NCBI RefSeq assembly: GCF_006345805.1
Contig: NC_042999.1
Coordinates: forward strand, 1,550,001-1,614,000
Direction: 5' to 3'
Length of the DNA: 64,000 nt
Origin: Octopus sinensis
Taxonomy: Eukaryota
Under the pieces are notes generated by a model, which saw only the letters and a program-made list of their open reading frames with translations, was not told the origin of the DNA and did no database searches. Position numbers and translations under genes: made by a program. Within the stretch, counting starts at the first letter, position 1. Each line of letters begins with the position of its first letter. Shown in pieces: positions 13,517 through 26,596 of the stretch.

Positions 13517-14140
13517 CGTAAAATACACCAATCTGACCGTACGACAGGCACCCATGCCAACCCCCTTGCTTGTGAAGACATGTTGGGGCAAGCGAAATCG
13601 AATTGAACCAGCCAGGTTCCCTGGTCTGGTGGTACGTAAAAAGCACTATCCGACTCGTGGCCGATGCCAGCGCCGCCTCCACTGGCTTCCGTGCCGGTGG
13701 CACGTAAAATACACCAATCTGACCGTACAACAGGCACCCATGCCAACCCCCTTGCTTGCGAAGACATGTTGGGGCAAGCGAAATCGAAATCGAATTGAAC
13801 CAGCCAGGATCCCTGGTCTGGTGGTACGTAAAAAGCACCATCCGACTCGTGGCCGATGCCAGCACCGCCTCGTCTGGCTTCCGTGCCGGTGGCACATAAA
13901 ATACACCAATCCGACCGTGGCCGTTGCCAGCCTCGCCTGGCACCTGTGCAGGTGGCACGTAAAAAGCACCCACTACACTCACGGAGTGGTTGGCGTTAGG
14001 AAGGGCATCCAGCTGTAGAAACACTGCCAGATAAGACTGCAGCCTGGTGCAGCCTTCTGGCTTCCCAGATCCCCGGTCGAACCGTCCAACCCATGCTAGC
14101 ATGGAGAACGGACGTTAAACGATGATGATGATGATGATGA
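13517..14140 (+). mobile_element. Family D subfamily with internal ~180-bp duplication
   Basis: AAAATACACCAATCTGACCGTAC...GGGGCAAGCGAAATCGAATTGAACCAGCC repeated twice; same subfamily inverted at 45712-46205. Confidence 0.7.
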
Positions 14141-14339
14141 TATATATATATATTTATAGGTGCAGGAGTAGCTGTGTAGTAAGTGCTTACCAACCACATG
14201 GTTCCAGGTTCAGTCCCACTGTGTGGCACCTTCGGCAAGTGTCTACTACTATAGACTTGGGCTGACCAAAGCCTTGTGAGTGGATTTGGTAAATAGATAG
14301 ATAGATAGAGAGAGAGAGAGAAAGAGATGGAGAGAGATG

Positions 14340-14371
<32 letters not shown>

Positions 14372-14465
14372 TTAAGAGCATTTCCCTAATTGTTTTCACT
14401 GTTGACTTGTCCACCCTTTCATTTAATGGCACATCCAGTATGGAAGATCTAAAGAGAAGGAGAGA

Positions 14466-14498
<33 letters not shown>

Positions 14499-14619
14499 GC
14501 ACCAAGCATTTAACTGGTACCTAGTTTTCAGGTGAGAAGAGTGGAGTAGCATGAAATGAAACAGCCCTCTTTTGGGGACAATGACAAGGTTTACAGGTGG
14601 TCCAATCAACAGAAAATCC

Positions 14620-14885
14620 ATCATCATCATCATTGTCGTCGTCATCATTATTTAACATCCACTTTCCATGCTAGCATGGGTTGGACTGGTGAACAAGATG
14701 GCTGAACCAGGGTCCAATCTTAATCTGGCAGAGTTTCTACAGCTGGATACCCTTCCTAATGCCAACCACTCCGAGAGTGTAGTGGGTGCTTTTACGTGCC
14801 ACTGGCACGAGGGCCAGTCAGGCAGTACTGGCAATGGCCAAGCTCAAATGGTGTTTTTGACGTGCCACCTGTACAGAAACCAGTC
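14620..14885 (-). mobile_element. RTE-LINE 3'-derived repeat (family D)
   Basis: Same consensus, reverse orientation. Confidence 0.65.
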
Positions 14886-14889
14886 CATT

Positions 14890-15424
14890 GAAAAAAAACA
14901 GAGCTTCTCAATAGAAATATGGTAACAAAAGGGTTAAAGTCACCATATTTTAAACCCTTTTGTTACCAGCCAGGCTGAAACCACCTCTGGCTCTTTAGTA
15001 CAAATGTTTTGTTTGCATAAGTTTTGAATTAAAATCTTCCACCAAACCTCAGTCACAATTTATGTTCCTAACACTAGCTTAATGATAACTAAGTTATTTT
15101 ACTACATTCTTTCTTATATTTAAAAACTACTTGACAGAAACAGAGCATCTCAAAAGAAATATAGTAGCAAAAGGGTTAAAGTCACCATGATATTTTTAAC
15201 CCTTTTGTTACTAACCCGGTCAAAACCACCTCTGACTCTGTAGTACAAATGTCTTGTTTTCATGAGTTTTGATTTAAAATCTTCCACCAAACCTTAGTCA
15301 CAATTTATGTTCCTAACACTAGCTTAATGATAACAAAGTTATTTTACTACATTCTTTGTTATATTTAAAGTAATTGATTGAAACACAGAACATCTCAAAA
15401 TAAATATGGTAATGAAAGGGTTAA
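14890..15424 (+). mobile_element. Tandem piggyBac-like MITEs (~220 bp)
   Basis: Copy 15200-15420 is TTAA|CCCTTTTGTTAC...GGTAATGAAAGGG|TTAA; second copy 14955-15175; 3' end of a third at 14890-14937. TTAA target and CCC/GGG ends are piggyBac hallmarks. Confidence 0.75.
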
Positions 15425-15524
15425 ATGTAAGCATGTCAAACTAAAATTTTGTTATAAATATCCTTACTTGCCTAACTATTTAGCATTCAGACTTACTCAG
15501 TCAAGTTTTATGTTTATTTAATCA

Positions 15525-15660
15525 TGAAGGTGCATGGCTTAATTGTTAGGGTATCTGCTCATGACTGTAAGGTTGTGAGTTCAATACTTGGCAGTGTGTT
15601 AAGACACTTTATTTCATGTTGTTCCAGTCCATTCAACTGACAAAACTGAGTTGTACCTGT
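15525..15660 (+). mobile_element. tRNA-derived SINE, family C (partial)
   Basis: TGGCTTAATTG..GAGTTCAATAC..AAGACACTTTATTTCATGTTG. Confidence 0.6.
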
Positions 15661-15667
15661 AAGAATG

Positions 15668-15759
15668 AGAACAAAGTTATTTTACTAAATTCTTTGTTAT
15701 ATTTAAAGTAATTGATAGAAACACAGAGCATCTTAAAATAAATGCAGTAACGAAAGGGT
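15668..15759 (+). mobile_element. 3' end of the same piggyBac-like MITE
   Basis: AAAGTTATTTTACT...GCAGTAACGAAAGGGTT matches 15335-15422. Confidence 0.6.
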
Positions 15760-16183
15760 TGAAGGATAAAATCGTGTTCAACTAAAAGTTCGTTAAGAAA
15801 TAAATATCGTGTTAATAGATGCCAATGTAAAAAAAGTAGTTTTCACGAAAAATGATGAGCAAAGATGACTATTTACTTTGTTTTACCCAGTGGCATAACA
15901 TGGGTGAAACCACAGAGGCAGTTTTCCTGGGTACAAATTTGTAAAGACAGATTAAAGTAGACTGTCCCATAGGTTACGAGGCACAATGCTAACTTAGTCT
16001 CTGGTGCTGGTGGCATACAGGATGCTTCTGGATTTATCCATGATTTTTGTACAAATTAGTGGAGCCATTTTAGGGAACGTAGAGAAAACTATTAAAGGTT
16101 CTCAAGTGCATTTTCCAATTTACTTTTCTGTAATACTACTGTGTATGTGTGTGTGTGTGTGAAGAATTCTAGTTCTATACAAG

Positions 16184-16238
<55 letters not shown>

Positions 16239-16578
16239 GCTCACATACTTTAAATGTATGTGTGCGTTCTTATTGACACACAGACACGTACATATAACAT
16301 CATCATTTCACAGATGCTTTCTTATGTAAATGTTTCAAAAGTATTCAGTTATGTTACGTGCATATATACATACGTACTAAAACGATGATGATGTTGATGA
16401 TAATGATGATGATAGTGATAGAAATTATATCTAAATATATGTTTGTGTATCCAATATTTACAACCTGCTCTCACTATTTATTTTATATAATAATATCTGT
16501 ATATGCATACAAGCCATACAAAGTAGCGTATGATTCTTTATATGCATGTATGCATACACACTCACACACACATGAATA

Positions 16579-16617
<39 letters not shown>

Positions 16618-16752
16618 TATGTTTGTGTGTGTGTGTGTGCATATATATATATATATATACATAGATATATATATGTATATATATACATATATACATATGT
16701 ATGCATATATATATACATACATATATATATATACATATATATATATTTGCAT

Positions 16753-16795
<43 letters not shown>

Positions 16796-17257
16796 GATTA
16801 ATCAACATCATTTAACATCTGTGTTCCATGCTAGTATGGGCTGAACAATAATATATATGTATTTGTGTGTGTGTGTACATCCAAACACACACATATATAT
16901 CCCATATATATATATGTATATACGTTAATGTATGTATAAATATATATTGATTCAAAGCAGTATTGGATATGTAAATGTACCTCCTCATTATTATGTCTGT
17001 TTATATGTACATAAAATACCTAAACCCAAACAGTAGCACCAAATATCTCGTGGAATCTCAACAATTGTCCGTTAATTAGCTCCAAATCTCTATCTATGCT
17101 ATGATTAACAACCCAGACTAATACTGAAAATTCTAAGGTGGAGACATCAAAGTTTACCAAACTGATCTGTTTTTTTGTTGTTTTTTTTATTTTTTCCCCT
17201 TTCTTGCCATAATATCTGTTACGAAATTACGAAATATAAAAAATGGAATAACGATCA

Positions 17258-17282
17258 TAATGATAATAATAATAATAATAAC

Positions 17283-17344
<62 letters not shown>

Positions 17345-17381
17345 TAATAATAATATAATGATGATAATAATAATAATAGTA

Positions 17382-17439
<58 letters not shown>

Positions 17440-17536
17440 TATTATTAATAATAATAATAATAATAATAGTAATAATAATAATTATAATAACAATAACAAT
17501 GATTATAATTATGATAATAATAATAATAATAATAAT
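17258..17536 (+). repeat. (AAT)n microsatellite
   Basis: Direct reading. Confidence 0.95.
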
Positions 17537-18082
17537 GCCATGATGCAGTACCTGGCAGTGGCTCTCATGGCTTCTGCTCTTAGCTGATTGGAAGTGTTAT
17601 CATGTACATTGTTTTGTCTTGGTATAAAAGATGGGCTGCAGCAAATATTCTGCTCAATACCACAGATTTGGTTATCAGTAGTTTCACCTTAACCAGTTGA
17701 GCATGTCCCTTAGTGGCTGAGGATATGTGCATCTCTGATCACAAGCAGAAGTAGTGGGGGAGCATCATAGCCATGTGTTGAGAGGGATTCTTTGGGGTTT
17801 GAATAATTCACCTCTGGAAACATGGGTGTTTTGTTCAACATCCTTAAACAATCCTTATTCAAGGACCTTTTGAGCAGGATGGGTTACTTGACCAGAAGAA
17901 AATTCGAACTGGGCCCCACCTGCAAGGTCATTTACTTGATATGAGATCAACATGTCGCGCACATATGGTTGTGATGCATGTGCCTGGTGTACCCTTATCA
18001 GCTGGCAGGTCATGATGGATATACTGGGCTTTGTATATTTTATCCCAGTGTCACTTTGATGGCATGCACTGCTCTCTCACTC
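17537..18082. mobile_element. ~550-bp non-coding dispersed element embedded in (AAT)n (copy 1)
   Basis: Clearly homologous to 42443-42998, 39923-40320 (inverted) and 53422-53570; (AAT)n on both sides. Confidence 0.75.
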
Positions 18083-18329
18083 AATAATAATAATAGTAGG
18101 CACATTAGGTATGATAAAAAAAATATTCAGACAAACACATAACAAAAACACCATGATTTACAAATATATATAACATACAGAAAATTTGCACTACTATGCA
18201 CTGCTCACATCCTACATAAAACACTTTCAATGCAGTGAAAATAAGAGCATCACAACAAACCACAACACATACCCAAGACACACAGAGCTGCACTTGGGAG
18301 TGCAGTGAAAGCACGTGATAAAAATAAAA

Positions 18330-18374
18330 CTACTGAATAATAATGATGATAATAATAATGATGATGATAATAAC

Positions 18375-18473
<99 letters not shown>

Positions 18474-18515
18474 AAGGAGAAGAAGAAGAAGAGGAACAAT
18501 AATAATAACAATAAT
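18330..18515 (+). repeat. Compound (AAT)n-(AAG)n microsatellite
   Basis: Direct reading. Confidence 0.95.
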
Positions 18516-19869
18516 AAAATACAAGCAAATTGCTTTAAAATTCTGAGCATCACTACATAATAGACAATATTATGAGAGCTCTACAATACAAACACACATA
18601 CACACTTAGATGCATACAGGTACGCACACATGAATACACACAGTATACAAACAGTACTAAAGGTGTGTTATCTAATTAAGGCATTTTGTGACCACCTGAT
18701 ATTTTGCAGGTGTGTTGGTGCTCATCTCTTTCATCTTCTAACTGTAGTCTTTTAGTTGTTTCTCTCATTAGACTGAGGCCATGCTGGGGCACTACCTTGA
18801 AGAAGTTTTAGTTGAATGGATTGACCCAGTACTTTTGTTGTTGTTGTTGTTGTTTAAGCCTGGTATTTATTCTATTGGTCCCTTTTGCCAAACTGATAAG
18901 TTATGAGGATGTAAACACACCAACACTGGTTGTCAGGTTGTGATGGTGGCACACAAACACAGACTCGAACACACTCATGCACCCCCACACAGAAATATAT
19001 ATAAATATATAGATAGATAGATACACACACACACATATATATATCATCATCATTGCTAGCATGGTTTGGACGGTTTGACTGAGGTCTGGAGAGCCAATGG
19101 CTGCACCAGGCTCCAATTTGATCAGTCCAACAGTTCTTTATCTTATTGAAGTGCATTAGTCCACTTTTGGTCTTGTGTCATTGGTCATGATTCTTCCACG
19201 ACAAGGACAAATCCCAATTTTTCATTAGAGTCGTTGGTTGGAGAGGAAATCCAACCAATGGTAACCCATAAACCTGTGAATAGGAATCTATATTTGAAAT
19301 ATCAAAACCGCCCTGCCTTGGGGAAAATGTATAAGAGTTAGATAATCTTGGTAATTTTCTATCTTACATTATATTTCAATAACTTCACTCGACTTAAAAT
19401 GATGCAGATACCATTATTGCTTTCAAACTGAATGCTATTAAAACAAATAGAATTTTCCTTTCATTGTTACTCCAGCAATAACTACACTGAATTCTTGAAG
19501 AGTTGGAATATATTTTAGATTTCTAAAATAATGCTTTTAATAAGCAAAATGTAGACATGACATTAGTTATTATTTAGTTTTCTATGAAAGAAAAGACCGA
19601 CTTCTTTCATCACAAGAAGTTAACGAGTCACACACACACACACACACAAACGCATACATACTTTTATGTATATATACAAATATATATCATCATCATGAGG
19701 ATGATTAACATCATCATCATTTAGTGTCTGTTGTCCATGCTGGTATGGGATGGACAGTTTGACCAGGGCTGGCAAGCTGGAAGGCTGCACCAGACTTGAG
19801 CATGGGGTGAGGATCTCATCAAGGATGTTTACTCCACATATATTTATCTATTATAAATATAATAAGAAA

Positions 19870-20100
19870 GGCGGCGAGCTGGTAGAAACGTTAGCACGCC
19901 AGGCGAAATTCGTAGCCGTATTTCGTCTGTCGTTACGTTCCGAGTTCAAATTCCGCCGAGGTCGACTTTGCCTTTCATCCTTTCGGGGTCGATAAATTAA
20001 GTACCAGTTACGCACTGGGGTCAATGTAGTCGACTTAATCCCTTTGTCTGTCCTTCTTTGTCCCCTCTGTGTTTAGCCCCTTGTGGGTAGTAAAGAAATA
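19870..20100 (+). mobile_element. tRNA-derived SINE, family A, full length
   Basis: GGCGGCGAGCTGGTAGAAACG...GAGTTCAAATTCC...GTAAAGAAATA. Confidence 0.85.
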
Positions 20101-20113
20101 TATATTTATCTAT

Positions 20114-20144
<31 letters not shown>

Positions 20145-20664
20145 TATTAATGCACAAGTGCATTTTACATGGCACCAGCCTCTGTAAATGACATATCCGT
20201 ATATAGTGCACTTTTATGAACCAAACTATAAAAACTTAAGGTGCCATTGATAATGTTCAATTTGGTTCTCCATTTCATAGGGTGATCTTAAGTACACAAA
20301 ACACAACTTGTTTCATCACAAGTTACCATAAAAATTACATTGAAGTCTTACACAGTATATCTAATGTAATCGCATGCGCAAGGGACAGATAGAAGTGAGC
20401 TACTTAAGTGAGCGGCTGCAGATTAGTGTCGGCGAAAAGTGAATGGACGCTTTGGCCAACCCAATATATGTAGATTAAACATTCAGTAGAATAAAATATC
20501 ATGTGTTCGTACTTTATTTCAAATGAAAATGTATTGGATTTTCTGTGTGAAGAATTTTCAGCTGACCAGTTTTGGTGCTTAGGTTGTTAACTTAAATTAT
20601 TCATAAACATAAGAAATTGCTTCCTATTGAACCGTAATAGAAATTCTTATCACACACACACACA

Positions 20665-20705
<41 letters not shown>

Positions 20706-21726
20706 CGTAAGTATGTATGTATATATCTATATATATATATTACGTATGTATGTATATAAATATGTATATATATATTACGTATGTATATATATATGTATAT
20801 GTATATATTACATATGTATGTGTGTATATATATATTATGTATGTATATATATATATGTATATATATATTACGTATGTATGTATAGATATATATGTATGTA
20901 TGTATATATATATATGTATATGTATGTATATTATGTATATGTATATGTGTGTATATAGGCAAAAAGTTATGATTACAAATAAAGAAAACCAAAGTGACTA
21001 ATACAGTTTCAGCTTCGTGGCTTCTATTTCGGTTTACCAGTTTCTCAAAAGCATTAGTAAAAGGATTCTTCTGTAAAAGGGTTTTTAGCGATTATTATGC
21101 ACAAGAGAATGTTGATTCCAGTGTCAACAACGATATCATGTAATGAGTCTTGGTTAGCAAGTATTGTTCAATGAACAACGCTAAGCCACGTGATACTCAT
21201 GGGTAATAGCAAAACCTGTCTTTTCATCTCTGCTTCCCTCTTTCTTTCTCCAGCACTCTACTTCTTTTTCTTCTGTCTCTTTCTCACTCACAGCTTCCTC
21301 GAGTAAGATGACTGGCTGCGTTAATCATTGTTGTTCTCTGTCTGTGAGGCTTATTCTGTTATGGTTTTATAACCATGTTATTTCTCTCTCTACACTAGAC
21401 TAACTTTCAAAAGTACAAATGCAGCAGAGAGACCTTGGCAGACGGTGAGCTGCAACATCGAAGCACACTTCACTTCTTTGTACATGTGTGTGTGTGCATA
21501 CATGTATCTCATTCTCTCTCTATCTATCTATCTTACATATACATACATACATGCATATATATACATATAAACATATATATATATATGTATATATTATGTA
21601 TATGCATATATATGTTTATATATATGTGTATATGTTTATATTATGTATATGTATATATATGTTTATATATATGTGTGTATGTATATATTATGTAAATATA
21701 TATGTGTGTGTTTATATGTACATATA

Positions 21727-21789
<63 letters not shown>

Positions 21790-22021
21790 TATGTATACAT
21801 ATATGTATACATATATATATATACATATATGTATGTATATATATATATATATACATATATGTATGTATATATATATATATATATAGTACGTTTAAATATT
21901 TGTTGTGCAAGATTTTTTATGCAAGATTAATGTAAAAAATAAATATCACTGAAGCAAAATAACACCAAATATATAGTGCGTGTGTTTTTATTGGCTAAAC
22001 TGGCAATATGACCATTCCGAA

Positions 22022-22057
<36 letters not shown>

Positions 22058-22734
22058 GTATGTATATATATATAAATGTATATATATATATAAACATATA
22101 TACATATACATAATATATACATACACACATATATATAAACATACATATGCATATACATAATATATACATATACATATATATTTATATGTATATATATATA
22201 TATATATACAGAGAGAGAGAGAGAGAGAAAGATACATACAGTCACTCACACACACAAATGTGCATGCAAACATGCACACCACACACACGTGCACACAGTC
22301 ACACATCCACATTTACAAGCGTGTGGACATGCAAAAGAAAAAGAAGCCCTCAACACAGTAACAGTTCCATTTATGTTATTATTCTCAAACGCTTTGATTC
22401 GGTTCCATACGACTTAGAATTTCTTAATCTTCTAAGAAAAACCTAATTCATTGAGGCTCAGATTACCAAATCACTAACCTGACCATGAACAAGCTAAAAC
22501 ACTATAACATCTTAAGGTCATAATACTTTCTGTGCAAAATATTATCATCTGGTTATAATTCCTCACAGAATGGTTTTTATTTGAGAGATTGTCTTCTTCT
22601 AGATCAATGGTCCCCAACTGGGATCTGTATGTCCCTTGGGACACCATATAAGATGTTATTCTAAAAAATTATGTGTAAGAAATTGCTTATATTTCCATGG
22701 TACAAAAAATATCTAAATTTTTTATACAAGGCAT

Positions 22735-23140
22735 AGGAGTGGCTGTGTGGTAAATAGCTTGCTTATGAACCATATGGTTCTGGGTTCATTCCCAGTGTGT
22801 GGCACTTTTGGCATGTGTCTTCTACTATAGCCTTGGGCCGACCAAACCTTCTGAGTGGATTTGGTAGACGGAAACTGAAAGAAACCCATTGTATATATAT
22901 GTGTGTGTGTGTGCGTGTGTGTATATATGTTTGTTTGTCTGTGTTTCTACCCCCAACATCACTTGACAACCGGTGCTGGTGTGCTTACATCCCCATAACT
23001 TAGTGGTTTAGCAAAAGGGACAAATAGAATAAGTACTAAGTACTAGGCTTACAAATAATAAGTCCTGAGGTCAATTTGCTCGACTATAGGTGGTGCTCCA
23101 GCATGGCCACATTCAAATGACTGAAGCAAGTAAAAGAGTA
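22735..23140 (+). mobile_element. tRNA-derived SINE, family B (nested in hAT MITE)
   Basis: Full family B consensus. Confidence 0.8.
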
Positions 23141-23179
23141 ATTACTATAATATTAAATTATAAAAATAAATAAAATAAA

Positions 23180-23428
23180 TGTTCCTTCTCGAGCCATGCC
23201 AGGCTCATAAGGGCCAGTTTCCTGGTTTCAGTGGCGTAGAAATTCCCCACCGGGACAGGACGCCGGTCCATCGCAGGATTAATCATTTTTGCTAGCTGAG
23301 TGGACTGGAGCAATGTGAAATAAAGTATTTTGCTCAAGAGCACAACGCATCGCCCGGTCCAGGAATCGAAACCACATCCTTACGATCATGAGTTCAACAC
23401 CCTAACCATTAAGCAACACGCCTCCACA
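23180..23428 (-). mobile_element. tRNA-derived SINE, family C (nested in hAT MITE)
   Basis: Minus strand GGAGGCGTGTTGCTTAATGGTTAGGG...GGTTTCGATTCC. Confidence 0.7.
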
Positions 23429-24129
23429 AATTATAAAAATAGTATAGGATATTTTTTTTAGAACATTGAATGGCTATGAGGGTCCAGTAAATAAAAATGT
23501 GAACCATAGGGTTCTATAAGCAAAAATTGGTTGAGAACCCTTGTTCTAGATGGATTGTCTTCACTATAAATGGTAAAGTTTGAAACCATTTACGTGTGAC
23601 TATATTTGAAGGCCTTTGACTCTCCTAAGTTCCTCCATCCTTTGACGAGTCTTGTTTTTCATCCTGTAGGGTGTCCAAAAGTCACCCACCTCAGCAAGCA
23701 AGCTTGGTGGGGGGTTGTTGTTAGTTTAGTCACCAATGGCCTGGACCTTCTGCAGGTTGTACTAGGCTACATGATATCAGTAGTACAAGAGCAACCTCAA
23801 ACACACACATACACACACACATACACACATGCACACACACACACAAACACACACAATGTCCTGACATATAAGAGCAATCAGACTAAGAAAGGAAGACAAT
23901 GTTACATAACTTTAGTCAAGGTTGTGATAATTTCAAATGGTTAGAGGAACTATTTTGATCACTATGCATTAGCTTAGATGCATAATTGATCAATTAATTA
24001 AACCAATTAATTAATGACCATTCTTGTCAGACCTTAATAAATTATGGTAGATTATCAGAGTTTCCAACAAATATATAATCTGCTGGAGGTGGAGATTAAA
24101 TACTCTCATCATTATAAACATCAAGTGAA

Positions 24130-24971
24130 GGCAGCAAGCTGGCAGAAACGTTAGCATGCTGGGTAAAATGCTTAGTGGTTTTCGTCTGTCACTATGTTCT
24201 GAGTTCAAATTCCGTCGAGGTCGACTTTGCCTTTCATCCTTTCGGGGTCAATAAATTAAGTACCAGTTGCGCACTGGTGTCAATGTAATCGACTTAATCC
24301 TTTTGTCTGTCCTTGTTTGTCCCTTCTGTGTAGCCCCATGTAGGCAGTAAAGAAATAAGGAACGTTAGCACACCAGGCAAAATGCTTAGTGGTATTTCGT
24401 CTGCCACTACGTTCTGAGTTCAAATTCCGCCGAGGTTGACTTTGCCTTTCATCTTTCGGGGTCAATAAATTAAGTACCAGTTGCGCACTGGTGTCAATGT
24501 AATCGACTTAATCCTTTTGTCTGTCCTTGTTTGTCCCTTCTGTGTAGCCCCATGTAGGCAGTAAAGAAATAAGGAACGTTAGCACACCAGGCAAAATGCT
24601 TAGTGGTATTTCGTCTGCCACTACGTTCTGAGTTCAAATTCCGCCGAGGTTGACTTTGCCTTTCATCTTTTCGGGCTCGATAAATTAAGTACCAGTTACG
24701 CACTGGAGTCGATGTAATCAACTTAATCCCTTTGTCTGTCCTTGTTTGTCCTCTCTGTGTTTAGCCCCTTGTGGGCAATAAAGAAATAGGTATTTCGTCT
24801 GTCTTTACATTCTGAGTTCAAATTCCGTCGAGGTCGACTTTGCTTTCATCTTTTCGGGCTCGATAAATTAAGTACCAGTTACACACTGGGGCCAATATAA
24901 TCGACTTAATCCGTTTGTTTGTCCATGTTTGTCCCCTCTATGTTTAGCCCCTTGTGGGCAGTAAAGAAATA
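24130..24971 (+). repeat. Head-to-tail array of four family A SINE units (~214-bp period)
   Basis: Units 2 and 3 are near-identical; ORFs 24280..24465 and 24494..24721 share identical peptide with a 214-bp offset. Confidence 0.85.
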
Positions 24972-25193
24972 ATTGTTATAAACAACAAGTATTCCCACAG
25001 ACGTGATGATTCACATGATGCAAGCTACTTACCACATGGCCACTCCTGCGCCTATGACACATGAAATCATCTTCTTTGACTTAAGTCAGGGCCATAGTAA
25101 AACCCATTTAGTCCCTGAGCACTTAAAAGATTATTGTGTTCCAATATATATGTAATTAAAAATATAAACAATAATAAAGCATAAAATATTTTT

Positions 25194-25384
25194 TATTCTG
25201 TTGTGTCTGGGGAGAGTCATTTTCTTTTTGTGCCTTAAAATGTAAAAACACTCACCGGTAAAATTTCCACTTTTTCATAAAAATTAAAAAAAAAAAAAAG
25301 AAAAAAAGTGGAAATTTTACCGGTGAGTGTTTTTACATTTTAAGGCACAAAAAGAAAATTACTCTCCCCAGACACAACAGAATA
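25194..25384. repeat. Near-perfect palindrome, ~82-bp arms, A-rich spacer
   Basis: TATTCTGTTGTGTCTGGGGAGAG...CCACTTTTT vs reverse complement, one substitution seen; right arm continues into a segment directly repeated at ~25608-25692. Confidence 0.9.
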
Positions 25385-25874
25385 TGCTTCAACACACGAA
25401 CTCATATAAAGAATCTTGCAAACCAAATCCAAAAACGAAATATTTTTTTATCTTTTAAAATAAAACAAGCTAACAAAATGATGGAAAATAATATTTATTT
25501 TTGTATACTTCCACTTTATTTGTCTTTGACACGGTTGCAAAAGCAACAAAAATTTTGTAAGAAAAAATATAAATAATAAATTTCATACTAAAGTATTAAG
25601 GTAGTATTACTCACCCCCAGATACAACAAAATTTGCTTCAATACACGAATTCACATAAAGAATCTTGCAAACCAGATACAAAAACGAAGTATATTTGTGA
25701 AGTTTTCTTCTAATTTCTTTAATTGCAAGGCTTTTGATCAAATCCTCGCTATGGATACTTTGAAATTATATTTCCAATCATATAAACCACTTCAGCTATT
25801 ATCACGATGAATGTAAACAAACCAATGTTTGTTTTAGAAGCATTGAAATGTGTATTGTGAGATACAAATAAGAT

Positions 25875-26024
25875 AAATGCATAAATGCTGATAAAACAGC
25901 AGAGATTGGATAAGATATCCACACGAAACAGAAAAATTTGTCAGCAGCTGGTTGCTGACAAATTTTTCCGCTTTGTGTGGATATCTTATCCAATCTCTGC
26001 TGTTTTATCAGCGTTTATACATTT
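25875..26024. repeat. Palindrome, ~70-bp arms, 8-nt spacer
   Basis: AAATGCATAAATGCTGATAAAACAGCAGAG...TTTGTCAGC-agctggtt-reverse complement; about five mismatches. Confidence 0.9.
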
Positions 26025-26064
26025 GAAAATAACTTGTTATCTTATTTGTATCTCCTACTTCCCA

Positions 26065-26212
26065 CATGGCTCAGGGGGTTAGAGCATCGAGCTTACGATC
26101 GTGAGGTTGTGAGTTCGATTCCTGGACCGGGCTGCGTGTTGTGTTCTTGAACAAGACACTTTATTTCATGTTGTTCCAGTTCACTCAGCTGTAGAAATGA
26201 GTTGCAACGTCA
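26065..26212 (+). mobile_element. tRNA-derived SINE, family C (5' part)
   Basis: TGGCTCAGGGG..GAGTTCGATTCC..GAACAAGACACTTTATTTC. Confidence 0.65.
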
Positions 26213-26596
26213 CAGAACCATGTGGTTGGTAAGCAAGCTACTTACCACACAGCTACTCCTGCACCTACATATATATATATATATATAGGTGAGTTAAGTT
26301 AGAGGTTATAACAACCGTCAAAGGAATAACTTGTATCTCCTGAATCCACTGATGTATTACCTATATTTAATCATGAGCATTGGTATTAATGCTCATAAAT
26401 GATAGGTACTGACAAAAAATATACTAGTTTATCAATCAACATTCAAAGGAAAACATTTTCTGTTTTTATACACACACACACACACACATACACACATATA
26501 TATATATATAGGCACCAGTATTTGGTATGGTATTATCCATATAAATCAAATGGGGTGATTATAATCAAAATAAGCAACAAGTATATCCAACGGTAG

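Larger units (their letters stand above)
22605..23543 (+). mobile_element. hAT (Charlie-like) MITE carrying two nested SINEs
   Basis: Imperfect TIRs CAATGGTCCCCAAC / GGTTGAGAACCCTTG; perfect 8-bp TSD TTCTAGAT at 22597-22604 and 23544-23551, fitting the Charlie NTCTAGAN preference. Confidence 0.8.

Noticed and set aside
17716-17760. CTGA(C/G)GA...GAAG in the AAT-associated element
   Set aside because: GAAG instead of GAAA and no convincing stems I-III.
20450-20467. mariner-like TIR TATTGGGTTGGCCAAA (minus strand); similar TTGGTTGGACAAAA at ~36734
   Set aside because: Isolated ends with no matching partner or transposase nearby; too short to call.
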